Of a stretch of 64,000 nt of DNA, positions 27,301 through 40,487 are shown in pieces; the stretch's first letter is position 1; every line of letters begins with the position of its first letter. The stretch lies in NCBI GenBank assembly GCA_973895155.1, contig OZ316892.1, positions 2,421,223-2,485,222 on the forward strand. The letters run 5' to 3'. This DNA is from Marsupella aquatica (taxonomy: Eukaryota; Plantae; Marchantiophyta). Below the pieces are notes generated by a model. That model was not told where the DNA came from. It made no database searches and saw only the letters and a program-made list of their open reading frames with translations. The translations under genes were made by a program, and so were the position numbers.

Positions 27301-30145
27301 TAAACTGCCTTAAGTCATCATAGGAAGAGATAAACTTTTTCTTGCTCTACGGCTGTTGGATATCGTAAAATATCCTGTGGAGGGTTAATGGTTTTGCTGT
27401 GAGTCTACTTAGTGGATCCTTTGGTAATACAAATCAGAAACGAACGTTATCGTTTTTGGTCACTATTGACCCGTTGCAGCAGTCGTACTGCAGGACCCTG
27501 TCACGGAGCTTCCCATATCACAAGACTGGCCTCGCGCACCACCACTTCTGTAAGCCTATGGATTATATATCTTGTCCTTTCTTCCACTTTTCCTTGAAGC
27601 TTGTGGATTTGCTTTCGCTCGATCTTCTACGGTCTTTTGGTCCAGTGTGTCTAGCAACCTTTTCCTTGGCTCGTTTTCCTTACCTTGATCTCTGATTACT
27701 GTTTCGTGGATGCTTTGCAACAGATATGGGTTCAGTCAGGGTGTTGTCGAATGCCCAGGTACACCTATATTCTTTCGGGACATACACAACTGGTAGTATC
27801 CCTTTTGAATCTCCATGAGGTAGCAGAACGAAGGTACAACTGGTGTTGATAACTCACAGGATCATTTGTGCAGGGTACTGGCCAAGAAGCATACATGTTT
27901 GTGGATTTTGGTATCCACCATCAGAATGGGAGGCAATGTATGATCACCCTCAGTCAGCAGGGGTCTCGACAAACTCATCCAGCGATCCTGGCAAGAATTC
28001 TACAGATATAAGTCATGCTCCCCTCCATTGCAAGCTTCGGGACTTTCTATCGCAGAGTACAAACGTCAACGACAGACCCATATTTGTTGGGTTGAGTTCA
28101 ACTGGAAGGTCCTACACCATCTGTTGTTTCTCCTTAAGACAGTATATTTACGGAAGCGTTTGTCACGCATTGCTGATGATTTGGTTGCTTGTAATGGGGT
28201 AAAATAATTTATTTCCAACTAGTGTATTGATATGATCTTCGTCTTCATCGTTTTGTTCTTGTTCGTGTCAAGCAAAGTCTTGCTGGTTTTTCTTGTTACT
28301 TAACAATGACTGCTACCACACTGCAGTATGGGGTACTTGAAAAATCCAGAAACGTTTTTCAAGGTTATACTGAAAGTCCTGGAGACTCTCAACAGGCGAG
28401 CTGTTCTTTTCACTGCTTCCTATCAACCACTTGACTCTGTAATCTTGGCTGCTAGGAGTAAGAGAGAGCTCCCGAGCAGGTCTGTCTTCTCTTCCATATT
28501 GGAAGGTTCAGCCACAGATTGCATCTTGTGTTTGTGATTGACCTTTCGACGTCAGTGTTGATGGATGATCAATTTGACCTCTAAGCTGAAAGAGATTCAT
28601 AGACTATCGACTTGGAGTTGGGAATGTGAAGGTTCCTATCTGTCGTTGGATGTTATGGTAGGGCCGTGGACAATTTTGCTCAGTACAGCTGTGAAGATCT
28701 GAGTCTTTTGAAGGACGGCTTCGGCCTCAGCAATAATCGTCTCTTTTGCTTCTCTGGGTATAACCTCCCAACCTCCATAACTGATAAAACTGGTGAATTA
28801 CCAGAGCAAAAAGATTGGATCAGTTAAGTGTCTGCAGCAGGGAAGAGGAGATGTCATATTCTATCTTATGGTCGGATAAACATTCCCATGTGGAAGTGTA
28901 GATGGTCGGAAGTAACCAGCTCGACCGGATAATGAAGTTAATTTCTTGTGATCTTAATTCAGGTTCGTGGCTTACAATTGGCTATTCCCTAATTGTTCTA
29001 TGGTGATTCATCACGGTGGCAGGTATTGTTCTTCACACACAAATTTCACCCTTGCTGCCGTTGTTGGAAACGCATGGGTTGTTGAACAGCCTTTAGGATA
29101 TGGACTGAGTGAAGTCTAACAAGAAATCTATGTTTCAGTTTTAGTTAAAAACGAATGAAGAATTTGGTCCTTAAATTCTTTTTTTGCCACTGTTAAAGCT
29201 TTCAACTATGGCTTATTCCAATTCTGACTTCTGCTTAGTAAACACGTATTCCCCTCAGTTCTGACCTGCTGGTAAAAACAAGCAAAGGGCATTAATACCA
29301 CGGAAATGGCAGACAAGGGAGTGTCTATCTTAGATCCCACCGTAAGCTGCTTTGTGTTTCTCCCTAATAACAAGCACTTAAAGCTTGTCTATCCTCACAG
29401 TTGTAGAATCCGTCTTAATGATGCAGTGGGACAACAGCTGCTGCCTTGAGGTCTGGTGTTCCTCAGGTTAGCTTGTCATTCTCCTCTGTAGTGGCTTTGT
29501 CTTTGGAAATGACGTCTGAATAACTTCAAGATACGGGTGATTTTGCCAGACTTCTGCTTACGCATTGCAGATATGATTGTAGTGTGTCATCTATGGAATT
29601 AATTTTGTTGTAAGGCTTTCCTCGTCTCTATGGGTATGCAGATCATATGCCCATTTGTGCTTGATCAGTTCTATTGGGCTGAACGAATGGCATGGATTGG
29701 TGTTGCTCCTGAACCATTGAAACCAACCCATCTCTGTCCATCACATGGCGGTGTAGAGTTCTTGCAAGCTGTCAGTGCTGTGGTCGATGCAATTACAGAA
29801 GCATCCAGGGATGGGATTCGTGATAGGGCTGCTGAATGGAGTCAAAAAATCTCTCAAGAGGTTTGTTCACTTCTTTTCTTTATTAAAACCATAGAAAAGA
29901 GGTCTGGTAGCTCGATTCACATACCCGAAAAAACATAGAAAAGAACCGTTAGATTTGATTTGGGTTAGGCTTTTTTCGCACATTGACCGTTGCTTCAATG
30001 TAGAATATATAATGTTTCGTCTAACAATATCTCTGTTTGCCCATAACTTAAAAAGTCCTATCTCAGAGTTTGCTCGTAATTGTCACTACTGCAGGATGGT
30101 GTACAGAAATTTGTTCAGATTCTGTCGGAGCATCTTTTTAATTAG
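24364..30145 (+). CDS. Sterol 3-beta-glucosyltransferase-like UDP-glycosyltransferase (At5g24750-type), about 16 exons
   Basis: [111 protein letters not shown]; ends DGVQKFVQILSEHLFN*. Confidence 0.9.
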
Positions 30146-31419
30146 TGATATTTCTTTAATTTGGTAGCCGAATGAGGATACCGAATTAAAGCCTTGTAAT
30201 CTGTCACTATAGTCAGTCTCATCTACTTGGTCCTGCACTACACTGTTCCCAGCAAATAGTGTTACTCGCATTAACTTGGGTGAAGCAAATTATGGCTATA
30301 CTCATGAAAATAGTGTTACCCAAATTAAAAATTCCTACATTTTAAAGGTGGGTGCTGCAGGTTCTGCATGAAAATTCTTGGCCCTAGCATAATTGGAATA
30401 GTGTAGAAAAGCCGGACTCCCCTCTTTATTGTTAGTAACATTAATTTCTCATTCACACTAATCGGATGTAACACGTCTAGCGGTGAGGGGCACTGGACTT
30501 TGGGTATTGTTTCTCTTGTTGGGGTGTCCTGGTAGTTTCTTGGGTTTTATTCTCACATTAGAAAGCTCTGTTGAAGACAAAAGGGTTTGTATTCTCCCAA
30601 TAATATTCCATTGAAGGCCAAAACATTTAGAGTTGTAATCTAGGAATGGTAGATGGTGGGGACTTTGGACACTGTTCCACTAGGTGGGCTTCCCTGGCAT
30701 TCCACTGGGTTTCTAATTCCTGCAATAAATATCCCCATCCAAGGCAAAAACAAATAGCATTGTGGCATGGCACCTACTAGTAGCATGCACCTACATTTTA
30801 ATGCGCAGGAGTTAGTCATCACTCCAATGGAGATTCATTTCCCCATGTGATACTGAAGTAAGTTTCTTCAATGTGCTTTGGAGGAGTAGGAGCCTTTCTA
30901 GCTAAGGGTACCTCATACTAAAATTTAAGGTTAATTTTGCATAAGTAAGGTTGGAAGAGAACCGAATAGAGAAGTAACTTTCATTGGTAGAATTACTAAT
31001 GTGAAGGAGCCTAGCCCACTTTGGAATGTTATTTGAATTAGCCTGGTTCAAGAACGATTGGGTTTATTTGAGTTCACAAATCAATGAAAGCTAAACTTGG
31101 TGAAAGAAAAAAATAGATGACCCCACTTGCTAATCTACCCAGAAACAATTCTCAAATTATGCTCACTTGAGATGTATTTCCTCAAGTTACTTTTTCTTCA
31201 AGTCCCTAGCCTCTAAATAACATATTCCCATTTTAGGAGACTGAGGATTGAAGTGAGGATTCTTTCATCTTCGAATAAGTAGATGAATTTTTGTTCCTCA
31301 TTGGTGGACTGCTCATTATATAACAAGTGGTATCCAAGAAGCTGAAGTTACTGTAGATTGTAACATTTGACAATGTGCTTAGATGGACTGGCGAAAGCCT
31401 CTTGGACTGTTTTGAAATG

Positions 31420-31945
31420 CCACTTTTACTCAGATAACACCTTTCAGTTATATAAGTGCATACAATTTGGGGTGCAAAAAGTGTTTGGTCCATGACTCCT
31501 TCTCAGGTCCATCATTGTGATCGTGTCAATTTTTTGCTCAGATAGCATCCTTCCATTACATAAATGCTTACATTTTGGGGTGCAAAAAAATGACTGGTCC
31601 ATTTGATGACTCATGAGGTCCACTTTGTGATCTATCAAGTGATCTTCAGTATTGAAATCCCGATTGAAATTAGGCATGAACAGCCCCTAAATATGGTACA
31701 CTACTGATCTCTATCCACAAGACATTATCATGCACCTGTCATTTGGATTAAAACATAGTAAAGCTATGTTGTTCGAGATAAACAAGGATTGGCAACCATG
31801 GAGAATTTAAAATTATGGTAAACGAGGAGGGACCCATTCCAAAACAGACTAGAGCTATGTTGTTCGAGATAAACAAGGATTGGCAAGTAAGATTACTAAA
31901 TTAAGTTAAACTAGGAGGAACCCTTTCCAAAACAAAGTAGAGCTA
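31420..31945. repeat. Two local tandem duplications (~110-bp and 91-bp periods) in an AT-rich, probably TE-derived region
   Basis: ctcagata.ca.c.t..ca.t.a.ataa.tgc.taca.tttggggtgcaaaaa twice; agctatgttgttcgagataaacaaggattggcaa at ~31762 and ~31853. Confidence 0.75.
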
Positions 31946-33172
31946 AATGTGGGAGGGACCCAGTTGCATTGTTGGAGCTAAACAAACAGGGACACCCATG
32001 ATGAAGGTTATCAAGACTACCAGGAAGGAACCCAAGGAGATCGCTGTTTATAAAGCTCTACACTGGTCTTTTTTGGATGTGTGAATCTTTTGCTAGCTTG
32101 TGACTACCATCCGGACTATCAGGTTCACGCATGAACAAAGAGTTAGCAATTTTTTTCCTGCCATAAATAATCTCTACAGACTATAGTTTTTAAATAAAAA
32201 TACAGCACGGTTCCACATCAACATTCCTATGATATTCCTAGTATGTGTATTGTAAATTTTGTTCCATGTTTCACAATATTACTTACTCAAATTTTCAATA
32301 AATATTCATCTATTACGTGTACCTGATTGTCCTTAAGATAGATAGACAGGAAAAAAATCAAACATAGAAGATTCCATGAAAATTCCCTCAGACCATTCCC
32401 AGGAAGTGCTAGAGATAGAGTCGAGCCATCACTATTTGCTTGGTCCAAAAACGGTTTAGAAATTTTGGGAATATCCTAAGCTTCAAATGATATTTGTGGG
32501 CTTTGAATTACTTTGCCACTAAAGATATTTCAATTGACAATACTACCAGAGTTTTTATTGTATTTACGATACTGTTATTGCCTCGTAGATGGATGATAAG
32601 TTCACCAACTCAACCCAGGTAACAACCATATATCATGGCATATTTGGAATACAACAAATATAGTGACAGTATTGTAACATCTTAACTAGTGATTAATAAC
32701 CTGATTTCAAGATACTTATCACCCCTCCTCAAGGCTGTGGTGGGGGATCAATTACCACCTTAAGTATCTTTCAGAATTGAGAAAAAAAACTGGCTTCTCT
32801 ACAAGTGCAGCAGCCCCACCAACTGAAGTTTACATCTGTATCAAGCTCAACAATGAGTAACCCATTGGAGTATTGGAGTTTGCTGTTTGCTGTTTGACCA
32901 TGTTCCAGGGCATTGGGCTGGTCACTGCCAGCATTGGCTGTATCCAGGCCATCTTCACTGATGGTGGTTCCCGGCAGGTGATGAGCACAATTTGGTGGTG
33001 GCGTTTCATTGCTGTTTGGGTATCAAATGGCGGCAGTGGTGATTGGCTGGCTGTGGTGGGTGGAGTTGGCAGTGTCCAATTCAGTTTCAGTGCTGGTTTT
33101 CTGGCCATGTTTGCTACTATTGGTTGCTCTATCAGGGCTCTTTTGCTTTTGGGATTTGTTTTTCTCCCTGCT

Positions 33173-33470
33173 GGGGTTCCTCCCTCCCATTCTCTTCCCC
33201 CTCCTTCCTTCCGGCAATCGGGATGGAGGTTGCCCTTTATCTTCCCTGGGTGTGCTCCTTCTTGCCCCCATATTTTGCATTTGTTCTTTTCTGTCTCCTC
33301 CTCCCATACACCTCCTCCCAGACAGGTTTTTTGGTGTTCCTCCCTCCCATTCTCTTCCGCCTCCTTCATTCCAGCCTTCTGAATGGAGGTTGCCCTTCAT
33401 CTTCTCTGGGTGTGCTCCTTCTTCTTGCCCCCTTACTTTGCATTTGTCATTCCTGTCTCCTCCTCCCAGT
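33173..33470. repeat. ~160-bp CT-rich tandem duplication
   Basis: gttcctccctcccattctcttcc.cctccttc.ttcc...tggaggttgccctt.atcttc.ctgggtgtgctccttctt occurs twice. Confidence 0.85.
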
Positions 33471-34345
33471 CACGTTTTTTGTATTGGCTCAGGTTCTCCC
33501 TAGAATAAAGTTTCTTCAGTCGGTGCCCCTTTTGAACAAAATTAAAAACATTAAAAAAAAGAGTAACCCATACGAGACTACCACATGTCAAGCTTCCAAT
33601 CAGTGTAGCCACAGATACCAATCGAGAACACGAAGGTGTAAAAATGGAGGAAGCTCAGTTGGATTCTGGAGGTCTCGACAAGTACCATAGAGAGAAGGGC
33701 CCAAGGTTGGGATTGTCGAGCTCAAGAAGGCGGGGCCCAATTCAGATTTCCATAATTATCTTCAGAAGGACCAAAGAACAAACTCACGATTGGGTCCATG
33801 TGCGACGAGGAGTCAGGAGAGGGACAATCTATTACGATTCGAAGCTGCTCGAAGACCCATCATCATCATCGTTCACTCCCTCTACTGGGGACCGTGCAGC
33901 TGTACAGTTCTGCCCCAGCAATTGTGTCATGATGATGCGAAGAATGTCGTCAAGGCATCAAGCTCTCTGGTTTTCCCAAGAAGAGTGATCGAAGACCAAC
34001 TCACTCCTGGTGCCGTAGTCCTCACCAGGGTTGGAGGCTGAGCTCACCCACGAGCTTGGATTGTCTCAAATGGAGAGCCTGGCGGATGACTGGATGTGAA
34101 GATGAAGACCCTTGTTGGCGACTTAGATTTTCCTCAGCCTGGCTGCTTCTTCTGTTTTGTGTCTTGATAACGCTTGGTGGGTGGTTTCTCATGTTGCAGT
34201 AGTCGCTTTTTTCGAGAGGGCTGGGAATTTCGCAAGGAGTGGTCGGGAGCAGCAGCCGGAGCAGTTTGCTCGCGAGGTTTTGTGAGTGATGATGAATTGG
34301 GTGCGGGAATGACAAAATAAGACCGGGGAGAGGGCATACTCTGAA

Positions 34346-37300
34346 ATGGCGGACTTAGAGGCTGGCGATTTCGAAAGTCCAAATCCCAGCATTCATGACC
34401 TCTTCACGTACTACAATCAAATCTATTTTGAAGGGAAGCTGGGCCCTTGTACGCTACAATGGAGCTCCAAGCGGATGACACTGTACGCAGTTCTTCTATC
34501 TCTTGGCCCATTCCAATATTATCTCACAATATGTTTGGTGAAGAATGCAGCACCGACCATCTTGTAGCGTCAGGACCAGCCTTGTCGCACTATTGTCAGC
34601 TGGTCTTAAATAACATCCAGATCCAACACTTCTGCAAGAACTTCTTTGACAGGACGGTGAGGAAGAGATTCTGTCCCTCGGAGACGGAGGCCCACAGGGC
34701 TGACAAAAGAATCCGTTAGGCAGATAATTAGCAATGGACGAAACTTACTGCTCCGTATATATATAGTTCCGCAAGTAGGCTTCTGACATAGTTCTTGGCT
34801 GATGGCCCTAGTCTAGAAGTGGATACCGATGCTCGCTGGTGCTCAATCGATCACAACTGCTCGATAAACATCTTAGCGTAGAACGCGTTAAACATTGTTC
34901 AAACCCTTACCAACAATCTTCAGCTGCTCAATGATTAATGTTCTCGTCGAGCAATTCATTCATTCTAGGGGATTGAGGACCCATCAGGTTTTTGGATGAA
35001 ACGAACCACGCCTGTGGATCCGATGGTACACGGTTGCCGTTAATAAAAGACTTGGGATCGGATTTCTCAGCAGTCCGTGTCCAGAGAACAATAAGAAGAT
35101 GATGGGATTGGTACGGTAAAAAGAAAAGTATATCGGAATGAAAGTGTAAGAAGGGCCATGGTTGATGTATTGTAATCGGCACAATTAAGGGCAGGATTGA
35201 GCTCTATTGTTCGAATCAATCAACTAATTCAATGTGTTCATCGTAAGTTGGATCACTCTAAGCACCCATATAGAACATTACGGGCTTACTCAAATCAGTC
35301 AATCAACTAGCAGGGCCAATGAATGGAAGGATGATCACCGTGGCAAATTTTATTTGCAGATGTGCAGGGTTGTGCCAGTACAGCACTTATGGAGGATGTG
35401 AAATCCGGCTTTCAGAACCCCTTCTCAAGTTTCGACCAGTCTCAGATTTGAAAAACACTCTGCTTCACGAAATGATACATGCATACCTCTTCCTCACCAA
35501 CGGGAACAAAGATCACGAGTAAGCTGTTATCAAAATTGTTAGTTAGGCCATTGACGAATTGATCCACTTTAAGGATGTGATTCTCTTTGCACGTTCGGTT
35601 GTTTCTTAATGTTGTTGATTTTCTGCTCTCGGTCTGCACATAAAGAGTTCCGCAGAATTATGAGTGTTTAGCTACGGCGACTTGCCCAGGAAGTAAGTGT
35701 TATATCAGGTCATTTGGAAGATTCACAATTCACTGTGACGTGGAGATGTGCCGGAAATTCTATTGAAACCTTAATTTGCTCGCAATGAATTGGGTGAATT
35801 TGAAGATTCCATGTCTCTTTCGATAGGGGCAGAGTGGTGCTGTTGGTAGGAGAACTTTCTCAAATTTTGCGAGTCTGCCTGGTCTACAAAACTTTTCTCT
35901 ACGCTTTCATTTTCTGTTGCAGTGATCATGGGCCATGCTTTCAACATATGATGATGATGATCAACGACTTCAATCTTGTGGATGAAGAGGTGCGTAATTT
36001 CATTGTGCGCGGTACATGTGATTTGTAGGTTTAGCCACGATGGATAGTTGCTGATGGAAATCTGTTGGTGTTGAATGACAGAGACCTAAGGATGGCTATG
36101 CAATTACTATTTATCATAGTTTTACAAATGAAGTGGACGTTTACAGAACTCATCACTGGAGGGTACGTTGCCGAGATTCAGTTTCTACCTTGCTTCATAA
36201 CAATTCTTCTTGTCAGCAACTTGCTATACCAGCTTGTTGGTAGTGTTAACAATTGCGTTGAATGTTTTGGAGTAACTTTGTGTACTGAATGATCTCGGTT
36301 TGATGAATGTGAATATGTCGGTCATCTTATTATGTGGTTAATATGTTGCTCAAAGTAGACCTGCTTACGAACCACACTGAACTTGAGGCTGGTTCCTGTC
36401 GTTAGTGTGTGAATTGCTCAGATTTGATCAAGAGGGCAATGAATCGCACACCTTCAGCTTCCGACTGCCTCAGCAGATCAGAGGCTTGTTCACATCCGCG
36501 TTGTCATTGGCACATGTGAGTGTGAATATGCCATCCGATGATTATGAGAGAATCGCTGTTGGCTTTACTTGACCATATGTCCTCATAGTTCTCAAATAGT
36601 GAAGCATCATGCACATCCGTCCTGATCCAAAACAACCTGTACTTTTTTCTGAAACCGTGAACGACAAGGCATCAAAGAAGTTGTGGAGGCAGCTATGAGA
36701 AAATACATGAGCCGGCTGGCTACGTAGATAAGCGCAAGAAAACACTTGGTGAGAATCTGATTTCGTAGGTAGAGGAGATCCTTGCATTTTGTGCATGATT
36801 GTCTAGTTATAGGGTCTGCAAATGGAGCAGAAGACAAATATGTGTTGTAGCCTTTTGAGTGGGCCTCGTCGACATATAGTTTCCAACTACGGAATTCTTC
36901 CTCTTGGAGCCTAAAGTGTTGTTTGTGGGCGATGCAGCTTTCGCTGATAGTAGGAATGTGAATGATCAATCTGCCGACAGAGACGATGCTCATTTGACTG
37001 CTAATGGACAGAAAAGGAAGATGGCTAGTAATGGATGGACGTCTAAGAAATGTAACAGGGAGCCTGCAGTCCAGGTTAAAAGTGCAATCCTTGACAACTA
37101 CTTCTGTCCAATTCAGAAGGATGAAGGAAAGATTGTCTCCACACAGACCACAGCTGTCGAGAAAGCAAATTTCAGCGAAACACCTTTCGAGGGTGAAAAT
37201 CTCTCCCCTGTTGAAATGAACCGGAAAAGGAAATTTCTTATGTTGAATGATAGCCCTCGAAAGGAAAGGAGGAGTGACACAATGGCAGAGGTTAAAGGGA

Positions 37301-38471
37301 TGAGCCTTAGAAGCCAATCGTTCTCTATGAAGAAGGAAATGGAGGAGAGCCTTCTTCCAAAGGTAGGTTCTACTCAGTTGGAAGAGTGCAACATTAAAGC
37401 AGCAGATGACGATACAAGGAAAGGGCTTGGAGCTCTGTCCGCTCCTAGCCAAGCAACAGGGGCTACCCTTTCTAAAGCTTCCAGAAAAAATGGAGCTGGG
37501 AGGGAGACCTTAGGGGACTCTCCAAGTAGGAAGAAGTACAAGACGGTTGACGAGTTACTTAAGAAACAGAATTGCAAGGAGCCTCTTGTCATCTTGGCTT
37601 GGGCAAATTGGGTTACATATGAAAGTGATGAAGAGAACGAGGAACCCCTAATCAATAGACGGACTAAGAGGAGAAAGCAGGAGCGGGATTCCGACCTATT
37701 GAAGAAGGGAAAGACAACTTCGGACACAAGTGAAGATACAGTGATGGTAGCAGCCGATGAGTCGCAGAATGTATTCGAGTTTCCGATGGAAACCCCTTGC
37801 AAACACCCTTCGCAGCAAACGCTCCAAAAGGGTCATAACAACCAGGTTGCTTATCACGACGATGGTGAAAAGGAGACCCCCCCAAAAGTGATTGTTACAG
37901 ACAGCAAGCACATATTCATAGAGTTGAGTGATGATGAGAAGTTTCCGGAGGCAACGGGGAACAGAATTAATTGCAGTAAGCCACAGACAACCAACGATCA
38001 CTGCTCTGTTCCGAAACAAGCATTTTCTAATGTGAGAGATTACGACAAACAGGATCTCTCTGAGAGTTCTTTGACAAGTGCAACGCAGAGGACCACTGAT
38101 GAAACAGTTGAGGGCGAGATGTTGTCATCTCAGCAAGCCAGGGTAAATGGGAGAGAAGAAAGTAGTACAACAACAGGTATCTTCATCGATCGTCCCATGA
38201 TATATTTTTGAGTTCATTGGCCACTTCTTCTTGTGTCACAGATGGACCTACAAAGCATCTTCAGCCTCGCTCTGCTCAAATTTTGAGTTCTCAGACCAAG
38301 CTCTGGACAATTGTTCTAAGTAGGGTCTACTCTAGACATTTCTTGCCCAAGAAGTCTTCATTTGTCACGTTTCTCTGTCCTCGTGGTTCAACTTGGAATA
38401 AAAAATCGACCTACAAGTTACGAATATGCCATCCTAGAAGCTGTTTTAATCTCGCTTCTCACAATGTCTGA
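34346..38471 (+). CDS. SprT-like (Spartan/DVC1-type) metalloprotease with a long low-complexity C-terminus; ends at 38211 or, with a final intron, at 38471
   Basis: PSIHDLFTYYNQIYFEGKL..WSSKRMTL|CAGLC..CEIRLSEPLLKFRP..LKNTLLHEMIHAYLF (HExxH), DHGPCF, GYAITIYHSFTNEVDVYRTHHWRC, LIKRAMNRTPS, WHMHQRSCGGSYEKIHEP. Confidence 0.88.
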
Positions 38472-40487
38472 CCTCCAATATGTTTTTCCTGAGTGCAGAT
38501 ATGATGGTCTGTCCAATATGCAATTCTATATTTCGAGGAAACGAGAGGAACATAGTTGTCAACAAACATATTGACGAGTGTCTGGCCAAATGTGCGTGAC
38601 CCGAGCTCATTGACCCGACAGTGGTAGAATTTCTAGCAAAACAGTGTACAGGAGACATGTTCACAGTACAGAGCCATAGAGGTAGGTGTCAAGATGAGGA
38701 TATTGTCTATAATAGCTGGTGTCATACTAGAAGATCAGAGTATCTTCTCATAGCCTTTTAAAGTACCCTGCCCTATTTTTCTCAAGGGCTCTCATTAAAT
38801 TGTAAACTAAACTTGGAATTTTCCTGAGGATGGGTTTTGTTGGTCAGGAGTACTGTTTAAAGATAATTATCATATAAACCGCCTGTATTGGTTATGGTCA
38901 ACTGCTTCTTTAATTTGCAGTTGAAAATCTGAATCCAAACAACAGCTGACCCTTTTTCATTTTGAGCTACCCTCTAGTGAAGAGAAACGCCCATAATGGT
39001 CAAATTGCCAGGATTTTGCAAACTCTGGAACTCTTCTTATCAGTCTGAAAAACAAAGTAACAGTTATGAAATGTCATGAGATGAATAGTACAGTAATCTG
39101 CAAGCATAGATTTAGGGTTCATTCTCGAGGGCATTATTTGATGGCATAATGGAGGAAAGGTTTACAGTGTACATGCTTGAGTACATTATTTGAGGGCATG
39201 ATGAAATTGAACTCCCGTAGTGTCCATGCTCGAGGGCATTACGGAACATTACTTTTATGCTCCATGATTAGTTCCTTACGTTGCTTATGATACCACAATA
39301 CTCCTGTTATCAAGTTCTTCTCGATTTCGCAATCAAGCTCTCGTGATTCTTCCCCCGTGATTTCGTGTCGCTTGTGATTGCAACTTCGCGAGAAAGCTTT
39401 TGCTCATTTTCCTGAACGGAGAGATTGGCCAGATTAGTCTTCTCGGCCGGTGAGTTTCCGCTGTAATGTTGAAGGAATGCTGGGTGAGCGCGTCGTCACT
39501 TTGATTGATTCTGTAGTGAGAAATGTCGCTCGTTTGTATGACCAGAGGTATCGGTAACTTCGAGATTGCTGGGAGTTCATTTCAGTCCTTAGCCTTGGTC
39601 CGATCGTACAGATTCTCAAAGATGGCTTCGATAGGTATCCATCTGTATCACGAGGATGTCGGCTTACAAGGAATCTGCGAATGAATCATTCCAGCCTGTC
39701 TCCAACATTTGTGTCGAGTAGGTAGACTTATCAAAAATCTTGCGGTCAGGGAAATTTCTCATGGTGGCCAGTTTGGGATATGAACTAGACAGCACAGAAG
39801 TCATAGCCTCATGCCCAAACAAGGATCGATGGAACCTGGAGGGGTCTGCTTGTTTTGGTATGTAGACCTGAACTTTTGTTTCACGGTATTGCTGCAAAAC
39901 AGCAAGAAAGATCTGGACATTAAGCACTTTGAGTGGTGCACCATTCCAACATGATATTCAGAACAAGGCATTCCATACAACTTTGACCCATTGATTGTTG
40001 TGTTCTACCTTCAAACATCTCCAGTGAGATTTGAACCCACGGGCAGTCGGGGCATGGCACTCAGTACAGTACGACATGCAGCTCCCGCCCCCAAGAAGGC
40101 AGCTCCTGCTCTGAACACACAGCGAGCCAGGAATCCATAGCAATTCAAATGGACGACCATTCGGAGTTAGAGTAGAGCGGACGAGTTTAGAACAGCTGCA
40201 GGAGGACAACAATTTTTAACGAAGTATTTTGCTTTTGCATTTCTAACGCTCTCCCACTCCAGCTCGCTCGCCCAAGCGATTGGCCGCTTCATTGGCGCTT
40301 AACTGAAACAGCTAGAGTGAATTACTGGAGACTAGAAAGTTTCAGTGCGACACTTCACTGTGGCTTTATGGAATGAAAGAAACGGAAATAGTATAGACTA
40401 GAAAGTTCAGTAAATGCGGCGCGATTGTTTCAGGGTATATGCCTTTGGAGCAAGGTCGTAAGCGACATCCAACCTGTTTCAACAAAT

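Noticed and set aside
33580-34045. Possible F-box/kelch-like pseudogene fragment (WRKL, TIYYDS)
   Set aside because: Only two short words in different frames; not enough support.
39430-40215. Chain of minus-strand ORFs suggesting a decayed gene
   Set aside because: No consistent frame or recognisable family.
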